IMG/VR virus record: IMGVR_UViG_3300032144_000015
Coordinates: 1 to 50,919 of that record
Length of the DNA: 50,919 bases
Source of the DNA: a virus
Strand: one strand, 5' to 3'
The notes beneath the pieces are model-generated. The model was given only the letters and a program-made list of their open reading frames with translations. It made no database searches and was not told the origin of the DNA. Every line of letters begins with the position of its first letter. Position 1 is the first letter of the stretch. Made by a program: the position numbers and the translations under genes. Positions 23,774-31,687 of the stretch are shown here, piece by piece.

Positions 23774-24031
23774 TTAGGCTTTCATGACGTAAGAGTAGAA
23801 TTCCATGCCGTCAGAATCCAGGCCTTTCGAGGTCATGGTGCACGAGCAGTCCAGTTCCTTTGCCAGTTTTTCGAAGAAATGAGGGCGCTTCGAGCTGCTG
23901 AAGGTCACCGTGCGGGCGTCGGGGTTAACCTCGATCAGAGTGGTGTTATTCACGGCCTCGATCTCCTCGGCCACGGTGATGGTCTTAAGGTTCGCTGCTT
24001 TACGGATGGTGGACTGGATGAAGTTTGTCAT
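23774..24031 (-). CDS. Small hypothetical protein (85 aa) behind promoter-repeat copy 2
   Basis: AAGGAG 7 nt upstream of the ATG. Followed by the GC hairpin 23744-23768 (tgggggg/cccccca). Confidence 0.6.
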   Translation of the reverse strand: MTNFIQSTIRKAANLKTITVAEEIEAVNNTTLIEVNPDARTVTFSSSKRPHFFEKLAKELDCSCTMTSKGLDSDGMEFYSYVMKA

Positions 24032-24047
24032 GCTTATCTCCTTGCTG

Positions 24048-24102
24048 CTTACAAAAGACTTATCGGGACATTTTCCAAAACCTCAAACATTTTTTTTGGT
24101 AA
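24048..24102 (-). promoter_or_regulatory. Conserved promoter/operator element, copy 2 (drives 23774-24031)
   Basis: The minus strand reads TTACCAAAAAAAATGTTTGAGGTTTTGGAAAATGTCCCGATAAGTCTTTTGTAAG. Confidence 0.5.
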
Positions 24103-24162
24103 CAAAGTCGGCCTAAGTCAGGGCCAGCTTCATATATAGAGATGGGCCTTTATTTGCCATCC

Positions 24163-24217
24163 TTACCAAAAAAAATACTCAAGATAGCAAAAAATAGTCC
24201 GATAAGTCTTTTATAAG
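24163..24217 (+). promoter_or_regulatory. Conserved promoter/operator element, copy 3 (drives 24254-25473), inverted relative to copy 2
   Basis: The plus strand reads TTACCAAAAAAAATACTCAAGATAGCAAAAAATAGTCCGATAAGTCTTTTATAAG. A 5'-UTR hairpin cgcagg/cctgcg (24219-24236) and GGAGG follow. Confidence 0.5.
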
Positions 24218-24253
24218 GCGCAGGAATGGACCTGCGGAGGAAAGGGAAAAACG

Positions 24254-24664
24254 ATGAAAACGAACTATAAAATGCGCGCTGAATGCTCCGCTGATCTTGG
24301 CCGATTCCTTATGGAAGTTTCGATCGTGACTTTTACCGCGACGTCCACGGATATCGACGGGGCCTGGATTCCCGACATGGAAGTTACCTTCACTTCGATC
24401 CTTCACATCGATGAAATCCGCGCGATACTGGCGAATATCGTCGATGGTCACGTCATGCTCGAATCTCTTAACCTCGCGCAGCAGTATACTGGCGAGCGTT
24501 ACCATGGTCATCTGTTCGGTGATCAGCCCGTAAAGGAGGGCCCTGACGGACGCTGGTTTATCACGATGGGCCACGCCGGCTTTAACTCGCCAGCGAATAA
24601 CCGGTCGGGTTATGCCTCGAAGGAAAGCGCTCTTCGGGCCCATAAGAAATACGCCTCTAAATAA
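24254..24664 (+). CDS. Hypothetical protein
   Basis: 136 aa. GGAGG RBS. Ordinary amino-acid composition, unlike the antisense 269-aa shadow ORF. Confidence 0.65.
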   Translation: MKTNYKMRAECSADLGRFLMEVSIVTFTATSTDIDGAWIPDMEVTFTSILHIDEIRAILANIVDGHVMLESLNLAQQYTGERYHGHLFGDQPVKEGPDGRWFITMGHAGFNSPANNRSGYASKESALRAHKKYASK

Positions 24665-24712
24665 CGAGAACGGGGGCGAAAGCCCCCTAAACCCTAACTG
24701 AAAGGTAACGAC

Positions 24713-25162
24713 ATGAAACTGAACACCATCAAAGTCCTGCAGGAAGCGTTTAACTGTAATGAAAGCGTCGCTGAACAGCTGCAGAACCTGCTCGATCCGA
24801 TCGTGATCGCGCGTCTGATCGCCGATCGCATGCAGAAAACTGTGGAAGCGCAGACCGTCGTCGTCGCCAAACCGGCAGTAGAACCATCTAAGCCAGTGCC
24901 AGACGAACATCAGCCGTCCAGGGTAAAGCAGAGGAAAGTCACGACAGAACAGACCGCGTCTGGAAAGGGCGGTAAGAAAATTTCTCAAATGGACTTGGTG
25001 CGCATAGCCCTGAAAAACTTTCCGAAAGGCGCTCCTGTTACTGCGGCAGATATCGTCGCGGCGACGGGCATTACCCGGAAATATGCTAACAACTATCTCT
25101 GGAATCTATGGAAAGCTGGCGATCTGAAATCGGAGGAGGTCGGCGTTTACGTCACTCTCTGA
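24713..25162 (+). CDS. DNA-binding protein with C-terminal winged-helix/HTH
   Basis: 149 aa. The C-terminus (DLVRIALKNFPKGAPVTAADIVAATGITRKYANNYLWNLWKAGDL) has an HTH pattern. The central linker is Pro/Lys-rich. Confidence 0.55.
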   Translation: MKLNTIKVLQEAFNCNESVAEQLQNLLDPIVIARLIADRMQKTVEAQTVVVAKPAVEPSKPVPDEHQPSRVKQRKVTTEQTASGKGGKKISQMDLVRIALKNFPKGAPVTAADIVAATGITRKYANNYLWNLWKAGDLKSEEVGVYVTL

Positions 25163-25221
25163 TCATGGCCCCATGCGGTCCCTACAGTGGGGGCCGCTTT
25201 CCTCCATTAGGAAACCGGAAA

Positions 25222-25473
25222 ATGAAAATTTCAGTCTATGATAACGAAGGACGGTTCGACAGATACACGATAGTCATCGAGGTGGGAATGCTCGTAGATT
25301 TCTACACTATGAGCAGTAACCCACTTGATAACGACGGTTTCAATCAATGGGTGGGTTCGAATAATAGCGACATGAAACTGAAGAAAGGAAAGCACCTCGG
25401 AAAAAATATCGGCTGGGACGGCGCGAACGATCAGATAAAACAGGCGATCCTGAATCACTTGAAAGGATATTAG
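25222..25473 (+). CDS. Hypothetical small protein
   Basis: Start re-picked to ATG 25222 (MKISVYDNEGRFDRYTIVI...). 83 aa. Confidence 0.5.
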   Translation: MKISVYDNEGRFDRYTIVIEVGMLVDFYTMSSNPLDNDGFNQWVGSNNSDMKLKKGKHLGKNIGWDGANDQIKQAILNHLKGY

Positions 25474-26528
25474 GACGACGGGCCAGGGACGGCCCCCAGC
25501 CATTGCTGCTCGATCTGATCTGCGATCCGCTGAATCATGAAGGGCGGAACGCTCATTCCACACAGATAAGCCGTCAGGATATTACTCGACACCTTAAAAT
25601 CCCGCGGGAAAGTCTGCAGTGAAAAATATTCTTCATTCGATAGATTTCGCATGCTTTCGAAATGAAACATCGTCCAGGCCGAACCCAGCAGCGTCGGCGC
25701 CGGGCTGTCGATCGGCAGCCTTAGCCAGGTAAAGCAGTAGCCCTTCGGATGGTAATCAGAAAAATAGTCGCCGGGCTTACACAGATCATAGAGGTGGGCA
25801 TGCTTCGAACCACTCTGATCCTTTCCCCTCGTCGTGATACCTGCGAAAGCTTCCTTCACAGAGATCTCAGGTTCCTCGAAATTCAATGCCAGATCAGAGA
25901 ACCCAAGGTCATCCCTGCGGGCGATGAAGAAAACCCGCTCGCGCCTCTGCGGAACGCCCATACGCGAGGCGTTCAGTAAAAACAGCTGGCAGGAGTATCC
26001 AGCCTTTCCGATCGCTTCGAAAATCTCCTTCACATAGCCCCTGGCGTTCCCGATTATGAGGCCCTTTACGTTCTCGGCCACGATGACCTTGGGACGAAGC
26101 TTTCCCGCCGTTTCGATGAAATGGAAAAACAGGTCATCGATGACCTGTTCGGCCTGGCCCTCGCGGAAGCGAAACTTAGTTCCCCATTTCCGTTCACGTG
26201 CGCCGGACATGCTGAAGCTGCTGCAGGGCGGCGAACCGTCGAGGATATCGAGGTCGAATAGCTGATCGGGCAGCCCCACGTCTGGAATGCGATTGAAATC
26301 CTGGATTCCCATCTCGTAGCTGAATTTGGGCTTATGGTTTTTGCGATAGATCTCCATCATGTCCTGATCGATCTCGACGCCCCCCAGCACATCAAAGCCC
26401 GCCAGCTTATAGCCCATGGTGGAACCGCCCCCGCCGTGAAAGCAGCTAAAGACTTTCAGCCCGTTCCTTGGAACTGTCTCGAGGTCGGCCAAGGTCCAGG
26501 GGCCATGTCTTAGCGGGGCGACCATCAA
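25470..26528 (-). CDS. DNA (cytosine-5)-methyltransferase
   Basis: 352 aa with motif I FSCFHGGGGSTMG, motif IV GSPPCSSFS, motif VI AENVKGL and motif VIII QRRERVFFIA, in the canonical order. Confidence 0.9.
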   Translation of the reverse strand: MMVAPLRHGPWTLADLETVPRNGLKVFSCFHGGGGSTMGYKLAGFDVLGGVEIDQDMMEIYRKNHKPKFSYEMGIQDFNRIPDVGLPDQLFDLDILDGSPPCSSFSMSGARERKWGTKFRFREGQAEQVIDDLFFHFIETAGKLRPKVIVAENVKGLIIGNARGYVKEIFEAIGKAGYSCQLFLLNASRMGVPQRRERVFFIARRDDLGFSDLALNFEEPEISVKEAFAGITTRGKDQSGSKHAHLYDLCKPGDYFSDYHPKGYCFTWLRLPIDSPAPTLLGSAWTMFHFESMRNLSNEEYFSLQTFPRDFKVSSNILTAYLCGMSVPPFMIQRIADQIEQQWLGAVPGPSS

Positions 26529-27214
26529 TTAAACTCGAAGCTGCACTTGGGGCACTTATGCCGAAATTCGGCGAAGTCCTCTTTTGGCAGTTCCTTCGAA
26601 CCCTGGGGCTGGCTGACGCTGGCCTCATAAGGCTGTCCCTCTGCCGGCCCTCCGCTCGGAATCGATTCGACCGCATAATTATGGTGGACTTCGGGCTGCT
26701 GCTGGGGAATCGACAGGTCCGGTTCCTGGCGAGGCGTCCAGCCGTCGAACCCGGTCATGATCTCGTCGATATTTTCCAGCTTAAACCCCGTCAGTTCGAG
26801 GTCGACCGAATCGCTGTCGATACTGTCGATAATTTTCTGAAGCTTATCGTTATTGAGAGTGCTCATACGCGCCAGCTGGTTATCGGCGAGGATATCGGCT
26901 AGCTCCTGATCCTCGCTGTCGTAATTTTGATAGTCGACAGGAACGACAGCCAGCCCCATTTCGAGCGCCGTGATCAGCGCGCCGTGGCCCTTGGTGATAA
27001 AGCCGGAGCGCTTCGATACCGTGATCGGCCGACGCCAGCCCTGATAGAGGAGGATATTTTTAAAAAACTCGATCTGCTCGGGCGGGTGTTCGTTCGGATT
27101 TTTCGGATGGTGTTTTAAAAGCTTCGGATCGACCTGGGCACTATGCTCGCACTCGATTCGAACGTACTTCGTTGGCACTTCAGCTTCGATGGTTTCCTCG
27201 GTTATCTGCTGCAT
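26525..27214 (-). CDS. ParB/Srx N-terminal-domain (ParB-like nuclease) protein with C-terminal zinc ribbon
   Basis: Start re-picked to ATG 27214 (TAATG overlap with the upstream stop). LLKHHPKNPNEHPPEQIEFFKNILLYQGWRRPITVSKRSGFITKGHGAL fits the ParB-N domain. The C-terminus has HKCPKCSFEF. Confidence 0.7.
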   Translation of the reverse strand: MQQITEETIEAEVPTKYVRIECEHSAQVDPKLLKHHPKNPNEHPPEQIEFFKNILLYQGWRRPITVSKRSGFITKGHGALITALEMGLAVVPVDYQNYDSEDQELADILADNQLARMSTLNNDKLQKIIDSIDSDSVDLELTGFKLENIDEIMTGFDGWTPRQEPDLSIPQQQPEVHHNYAVESIPSGGPAEGQPYEASVSQPQGSKELPKEDFAEFRHKCPKCSFEFN

Positions 27215-27528
27215 TAATTTTCCTCGAGACGGTGGGGTTTTTGTGGTGTCGTTGTCGGCTGGCAGGTATTTCCACAGACCGAAGGGCATACAACCTGCTG
27301 CTGGGGACAGATCGAAAAATATGAAACATTAGTCCCATCGACGACACGGAATACCCCGCAGCCGTCGATCGTAAGCAGCCGCACGATAGGGACGTCGAGG
27401 CCGGAGGCCCCCTTGACTATCGTCGTGGCGTTCGTTTCCTTCATGCAGCTAGTCGAGATCATGATCAGAAAAAACGCGCCCAGAATCACGGTAAAGATTA
27501 TCGAAGCGAATCGCATTTTCCACCTCAT
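27214..27528 (-). CDS. Putative lipoprotein / exported small protein
   Basis: 104 aa. The hydrophobic N-terminus ASIIFTVILGAFFLIMISTSC ends in Cys (lipobox-like). The mature part has several Cys. Confidence 0.5.
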   Translation of the reverse strand: MRWKMRFASIIFTVILGAFFLIMISTSCMKETNATTIVKGASGLDVPIVRLLTIDGCGVFRVVDGTNVSYFSICPQQQVVCPSVCGNTCQPTTTPQKPHRLEEN

Positions 27529-28070
27529 ACGATAATAGGCTTTATTCGACGGGCCTTTCGCCTGGGACTGCCAGCTTCCTTGGAATCGAATCCGTCGAGG
27601 TTTTCCACAGAATACCCGTCCATGTCGACGAGCACAACGGGGGAACCGGTTCGCGTCTGGATTTTCCGCTCGACGTCAGCCTTGGAAATGAATTTCCCGT
27701 CATCGCCCTTGGGCGAGGCCTCGACGAGGGCCGCGCGCTCGCGATAGGGGCGCCTTGGAATGAAATGATCGGGCAGTTCCAGCCGCACAATAGAATTCGT
27801 TTCAGGGACCGCCCAGCCCACCTGGACGAGAACCTGGGCGAAGGTCAGCCGGCGATCGGCGGGCCATTGCACGACACGGTCCAGTTCGAAAGTGGAATAG
27901 TATGTCTTTTTGCAGCGAAGAACGTCCAGACAAAGTACCGCGATTCGGCCGACGCCTAGAACGAAGCTGTCCCTGGACACGCCGAGATACTGCCTAAAAT
28001 CCTCTGCCTGGGTGATCTCGAATGATATTCTGACATGGTCATGTTTCACGCGGCGGTCTGCTGTTTTCAT
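27525..28070 (-). CDS. Hypothetical protein
   Basis: Start re-picked to ATG 28070 (MKTADRRVKHD...) so as not to overlap the divergent 28120 gene. 181 aa. Confidence 0.45.
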   Translation of the reverse strand: MKTADRRVKHDHVRISFEITQAEDFRQYLGVSRDSFVLGVGRIAVLCLDVLRCKKTYYSTFELDRVVQWPADRRLTFAQVLVQVGWAVPETNSIVRLELPDHFIPRRPYRERAALVEASPKGDDGKFISKADVERKIQTRTGSPVVLVDMDGYSVENLDGFDSKEAGSPRRKARRIKPIIV

Positions 28071-28119
28071 GCTACGGTGATCCTTTAAAATCGCGAACAA
28101 AGCCTTAAGGGATTCGGCT

Positions 28120-28995
28120 ATGGACCTATCTTTAACACGCCTTTCCACTGCACGCTGGGATGATCTGACAGAACCCCAGCCTGAGAACACAAAAACATAT
28201 CTCGAGCGTCATTTCCCGAACGTCGGGCTGGAACTGAGCGACTGGATCGACGACGGAATCCTGCGACTGGACTTCAGTAAAGACGAAGAATTCATGGCAC
28301 TGATCGACGACTACATCGCGGAGCGTTCGCAGCTTCCGAAGGATCGTTTGGCCCCAAATAATTTCTGGCACGGCTGGCATTTTCCGACGAGCTATCTCAT
28401 GTCGCCGGCTATGATGAATCTCGGTCTCTGCCGGCAGCTGTCGCAGTTTCTATCGAAGCTCTTTAACGAAAGCCCGCTCCTTCACCTGGCGCTGACAGGA
28501 TGGGTGTCGACGGAACGGAACTGGCACCAGGACAGTTACCTGAATCCGCCGAGTGTCTGGAGCGGCTATGCCGCGGCCTGGATCGCCCTAGACGATATCG
28601 ACGTCATGTCTGGGCCCTTCGAATACGTGCCGGGTTCCCATCGATGGGACGTGCTTCGGCGCGAAAAACTGTTCGGGTTCCTCGACGATCAGATCAGATC
28701 AAATCCAGACTGGCCCTCGATCACACAGGCCCACGTCGCGCGCGTATGCGAGAAAAAAATCATGGCCATGGACGCCCAGAGGAAATATTTCGTTCCTAAG
28801 AAAGGCGAGGTCCTCCTTTGGCATTCGAACCTGATTCACAGAGGAACTAAACCAAGGAATCCTGATCTCCTGCGAAAGGCCCTGATCCTGCATTATTCCG
28901 GGTTTTCCCGCCGAGTGGACATGGAACCGAAGGTCCGCTATGGTTATGGTTTTTACTTTAACGGTCCGACAGACGGATCAGTGAGGATGAAATGA
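28120..28995 (+). CDS. PhyH-like Fe(II)/2-oxoglutarate-dependent oxygenase
   Basis: 291 aa. HxD in NWHQDSYLNPP, a distal His in LLWHSNLIHRGT and Arg/Lys further on, spaced as in the phytanoyl-CoA dioxygenase family. Confidence 0.6.
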   Translation: MDLSLTRLSTARWDDLTEPQPENTKTYLERHFPNVGLELSDWIDDGILRLDFSKDEEFMALIDDYIAERSQLPKDRLAPNNFWHGWHFPTSYLMSPAMMNLGLCRQLSQFLSKLFNESPLLHLALTGWVSTERNWHQDSYLNPPSVWSGYAAAWIALDDIDVMSGPFEYVPGSHRWDVLRREKLFGFLDDQIRSNPDWPSITQAHVARVCEKKIMAMDAQRKYFVPKKGEVLLWHSNLIHRGTKPRNPDLLRKALILHYSGFSRRVDMEPKVRYGYGFYFNGPTDGSVRMK

Positions 28996-29207
28996 AACCG
29001 ACTATAGGACGGATTGTGCATTTTGAGGACGGCGCTTATGGAACATGCGCTGCTTTGATTACAAACGTCGATGACGAAAGCAGCGTAACGCTCGCTTTAT
29101 TTCGAAAATATCCGCCCATCGAGGATCAGGAACCTGTCGTCTATGTGAAAGCTGAATATTCGGACACGCCTGAAATCGGCCATTGGAGTTGGCCGCCTCG
29201 CATATGA
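28992..29207 (+). CDS. Hypothetical small beta-rich protein
   Basis: 71 aa. ATGA overlap with the upstream stop. Confidence 0.5.
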   Translation: MKPTIGRIVHFEDGAYGTCAALITNVDDESSVTLALFRKYPPIEDQEPVVYVKAEYSDTPEIGHWSWPPRI

Positions 29208-29419
29208 AGCTGTCCCGCCGTCGCCAACGCCTCCTTGGTTACTGGCGAGGAATGAGCCCCCAGCAGCGTGATTGGCAGCGGCTGATCGCGCTCGAGATTC
29301 CAGCTGGCGAATCGCATGATCCTGAAACTGAAACCGGCATGCTATGCCGAAAGCTTATCGAGGATTGGTTTAGGGAATCTCAGCAGGGCTTAGCGAAAGT
29401 CCAGGACAGCCAGCGTTAA
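29204..29419 (+). CDS. Hypothetical small protein (uncertain)
   Basis: ATG 29204 overlaps the upstream stop (ATGA). Its 3' end overlaps the convergent glycosyltransferase gene by 50 nt. Confidence 0.35.
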   Translation: MKLSRRRQRLLGYWRGMSPQQRDWQRLIALEIPAGESHDPETETGMLCRKLIEDWFRESQQGLAKVQDSQR

Positions 29420-30164
29420 GATAGCTTTCAAAATCGCCGCGCCATGTATCTGTATGTGAATGAAACCACTTATAAGCTACGTATTCTCTGTCATGTAAAT
29501 TTCTCAGCTCGTCACTTTCCCTGTAGTCGGGTAGTATTGCCCAGCGCTCGCTATTTCTCAATCGTGCCCACATCTCGGCTTCCAAGTGCCCGTAGAATGC
29601 CCTTGGTTCAGCCAGGAATCCGACAGCTTTTAACCAACCGTAGCGCCAGGCACAAACGGAGTTTGTCACTGCGGTTCTCGCCAGTCTCATTCTCAGATAC
29701 CCGTCTGCCACTGCTTCATCATACCCTCTATCCTCAATATCGGAAAGGCTGCGAGGATTACCGAGCGTACTCCACACGACGGCCTCGTGCGAATTCATTC
29801 CAGACCTGCGACCTTCGATCGCCCTGACGAGAGCCATGTCCCAGCCTTGATGAATCGGCAGTGAATCACCGTCGTAGCCGATCACGATATCGTTATTTCC
29901 GATAGAACCTATCTGTCCCATGGCCCAGTTGAAACCGTTATGCAGACCAAGGTTGCGTCCTGGACGGAGGATCGTGATCGGCAGATCCGCAGCGAGCGTC
30001 CTAAGGGTTCGATCGACCTCGGGTCTGTGCATGGGATAGCACTGATCGACGATGAAGTGCCCGCCCAGCTTAAGGTCCAGGTTGCGAGTAGAATGGAATT
30101 GTCTTAAAGATATGTCCAAAATCCCAGGATTGCAGAAAGCGAGCGTAATCGCGTAGACGCTCAT
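29370..30164 (-). CDS. Glycosyltransferase, GT-A (family 2-like)
   Basis: 264 aa. The N-terminal YAITLAFCNP, then NLGLHNGFNWAM and a DxD-like IGYDGDSLP, follow the usual GT2 motif order. No TM segments seen. Confidence 0.55.
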   Translation of the reverse strand: MSVYAITLAFCNPGILDISLRQFHSTRNLDLKLGGHFIVDQCYPMHRPEVDRTLRTLAADLPITILRPGRNLGLHNGFNWAMGQIGSIGNNDIVIGYDGDSLPIHQGWDMALVRAIEGRRSGMNSHEAVVWSTLGNPRSLSDIEDRGYDEAVADGYLRMRLARTAVTNSVCAWRYGWLKAVGFLAEPRAFYGHLEAEMWARLRNSERWAILPDYRESDELRNLHDREYVAYKWFHSHTDTWRGDFESYLNAGCPGLSLSPAEIP

Positions 30165-30273
30165 CGATGGCCCCCATGAATGCAGGATCGTCGGTGCACA
30201 TGCCTACAGTAAAGCCGATAAGAACCGCGATTAAAAGCCAGAACACGACACGGCTATTTTGTGGGAAGCTCAA
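30070..30273 (-). CDS. Possible small membrane-anchored protein (doubtful)
   Basis: 67-aa ORF with the hydrophobic segment VVFWLLIAVLIGFTVGMC. It overlaps the glycosyltransferase start by 95 nt in another frame. Confidence 0.25.
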   Translation of the reverse strand: MSFPQNSRVVFWLLIAVLIGFTVGMCTDDPAFMGAIDERLRDYARFLQSWDFGHIFKTIPFYSQPGP

Positions 30274-30664
30274 GTTTAGGCTCCTTATCGTCTCTGAACT
30301 GTTTTAGAAATTGGTGGCCGAGAACCTGAATAGCCCCAAGGGTATTGGAGTGCATAATCGCCGACTGCCAGTCGAATCCCTCGCCGCGGAGGACCGTGAC
30401 GCCTGTCAGCATGGAAAGGGACTGCACGATAAGCAGCTTATACTTGCCGGGCAGCCTAAGGAAGCGATCGCCGAAGAACATGATAATCGCCTGAACGGCA
30501 GCGATAGTCAGCCCGAAGGAGTTGAGGCCCTGATTACCCTTGATCGCCTGCATGAACACGTCCCATTCGTTCAGGGCGGCCGGATCCGTACCGGCGTAAA
30601 GCGCTATAGCAATGACGAATGGGGACGCGATAAGACATACGATAACCCAGAAAATCGGCTTCAT
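30254..30664 (-). CDS. Multi-pass membrane protein (holin-like or glycan-translocation-like)
   Basis: Start re-picked to ATG 30664 (MKPIFWVIVCLIASPFVIAIALYAG...). 136 aa with about 3-4 hydrophobic segments. Confidence 0.5.
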   Translation of the reverse strand: MKPIFWVIVCLIASPFVIAIALYAGTDPAALNEWDVFMQAIKGNQGLNSFGLTIAAVQAIIMFFGDRFLRLPGKYKLLIVQSLSMLTGVTVLRGEGFDWQSAIMHSNTLGAIQVLGHQFLKQFRDDKEPKLELPTK

Positions 30665-30707
30665 GGTGCACCTGCTAAAAAATGATTTAAGCTCTAAGGG
30701 GAATATT

Positions 30708-31289
30708 ATGGCATGGCTTGAAGAAAATGAACTACGAAAGTTTAAACGGGTTGGCCGCGGTGTTAAAATCAGCACAGGAGCTATTATCTACGGCGCAAAT
30801 AACATTGAGGTCGGCGACAATGTTCGAATCGACACCGAAACTGTTATTTTGGCTTCGCAAGGTTCGCTCAAAATTGGAAGCCATGTTCATGTGGCTGCAC
30901 GATGTTTACTCGCAGCCCGCGGTGGGATAAAAATCGGCGACTTCGCCGGCCTGTCCTTCGATGTAAAAGTCATCTCGGCGTCCGACGACGCCAGCGGCGA
31001 ATATCTCGTCGGTCCGCAGTTCCCTGATTTTTTCAGAAAGGTTGTAGCGGAGGAGACCGTGATTCGCGAGTACGCATTCATAGGCGCCGGCGCGACCGTG
31101 CTCGTCGGTGCGAATGTCGATCAGGGGGCTATGCTGGGGGCCAACTCCGTGGCACTGCCAGGCGAAACGCTAAAATCCTGGACGATATATTTCGGCGTTC
31201 CCGCCCATCGCATTCGCGAGCGAAAGCAGGATCTCATAGAGAAAAGCCTTGAAATGCATGATTGGTGGCAGAATAATCCTGATCTGTGA
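30708..31289 (+). CDS. Left-handed beta-helix (hexapeptide-repeat) acyl/acetyltransferase
   Basis: Start re-picked to ATG 30708 (AAGGGG RBS). Has consecutive hexapeptide repeats (GVKISTGAIIYGANNIEVGDNVRIDTETVILA...KIGSHVHVAARCLLAARGGIKIGDFAGLS). Confidence 0.8.
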   Translation: MAWLEENELRKFKRVGRGVKISTGAIIYGANNIEVGDNVRIDTETVILASQGSLKIGSHVHVAARCLLAARGGIKIGDFAGLSFDVKVISASDDASGEYLVGPQFPDFFRKVVAEETVIREYAFIGAGATVLVGANVDQGAMLGANSVALPGETLKSWTIYFGVPAHRIRERKQDLIEKSLEMHDWWQNNPDL

Positions 31290-31312
31290 TTTGAAAGAAC
31301 CTAGTGTTACTT

Positions 31313-31363
31313 AAAACCGGGTATCTCCTTTCCGGCACAGTTTTCGAGATTCCCGGTTTTTTT
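31313..31363. terminator. Bidirectional Rho-independent terminator between convergent genes
   Basis: Long hairpin aaaaccgggtatctc...gagattcccggtttt (31313-31360), flanked by an A-run on the left and T7 on the right. Confidence 0.65.
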
Positions 31364-31658
31364 AGTCCGACATGCCGTTTCCGTTTCCACCGTGTCCGCT
31401 AAAGTAGACATCCTTCTTCAGTAATAGATCCAGCTGCGCCTCGAGTTTCCCCAGCTGCTTATCGATCGCATGAACGCCCTTCATGTCTCGCCTGATTCCC
31501 TTCAGCTGATCGACGAATGTCGCTATTGCCGATTCGAGCTGCGTGGCTTTCTGTGAGGCAGTACGGGCTATTTCCTCGGTTTTATCGATTTTATCAATTA
31601 GTCTCTTGATGAAAAAAACGTTCACGGCCAGCAGTGTCGAGATCACAAAGGCGACCAC
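31362..31658 (-). CDS. N-terminally anchored coiled-coil protein
   Basis: 98 aa. TM segment VAFVISTLLAVNVFFI followed by heptad-like helical sequence and a Gly-rich tail. Confidence 0.5.
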   Translation of the reverse strand: MVAFVISTLLAVNVFFIKRLIDKIDKTEEIARTASQKATQLESAIATFVDQLKGIRRDMKGVHAIDKQLGKLEAQLDLLLKKDVYFSGHGGNGNGMSD

Positions 31659-31687
31659 AGAGACGATCAGATTTTGATCAATTGCCG

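Noticed and set aside
24179-24988. 269-aa minus-strand ORF spanning two plus-strand genes and their intergenic RBS
   Set aside because: It crosses promoter copy 3 and two well-supported plus-strand genes that have strong SD sites, and its composition is typical of an antisense frame.
29370-30664. Reading the multi-TM protein + GT-A pair as a GtrA/GtrB-type O-antigen glucosylation (seroconversion) cassette
   Set aside because: The gene order is suggestive. However, the glycosyltransferase lacks the C-terminal TM helices of GtrB, no GtrC-like polytopic partner is present and there is no adjacent integrase/attP. I kept it only as one hypothesis under the sugar-cluster finding.
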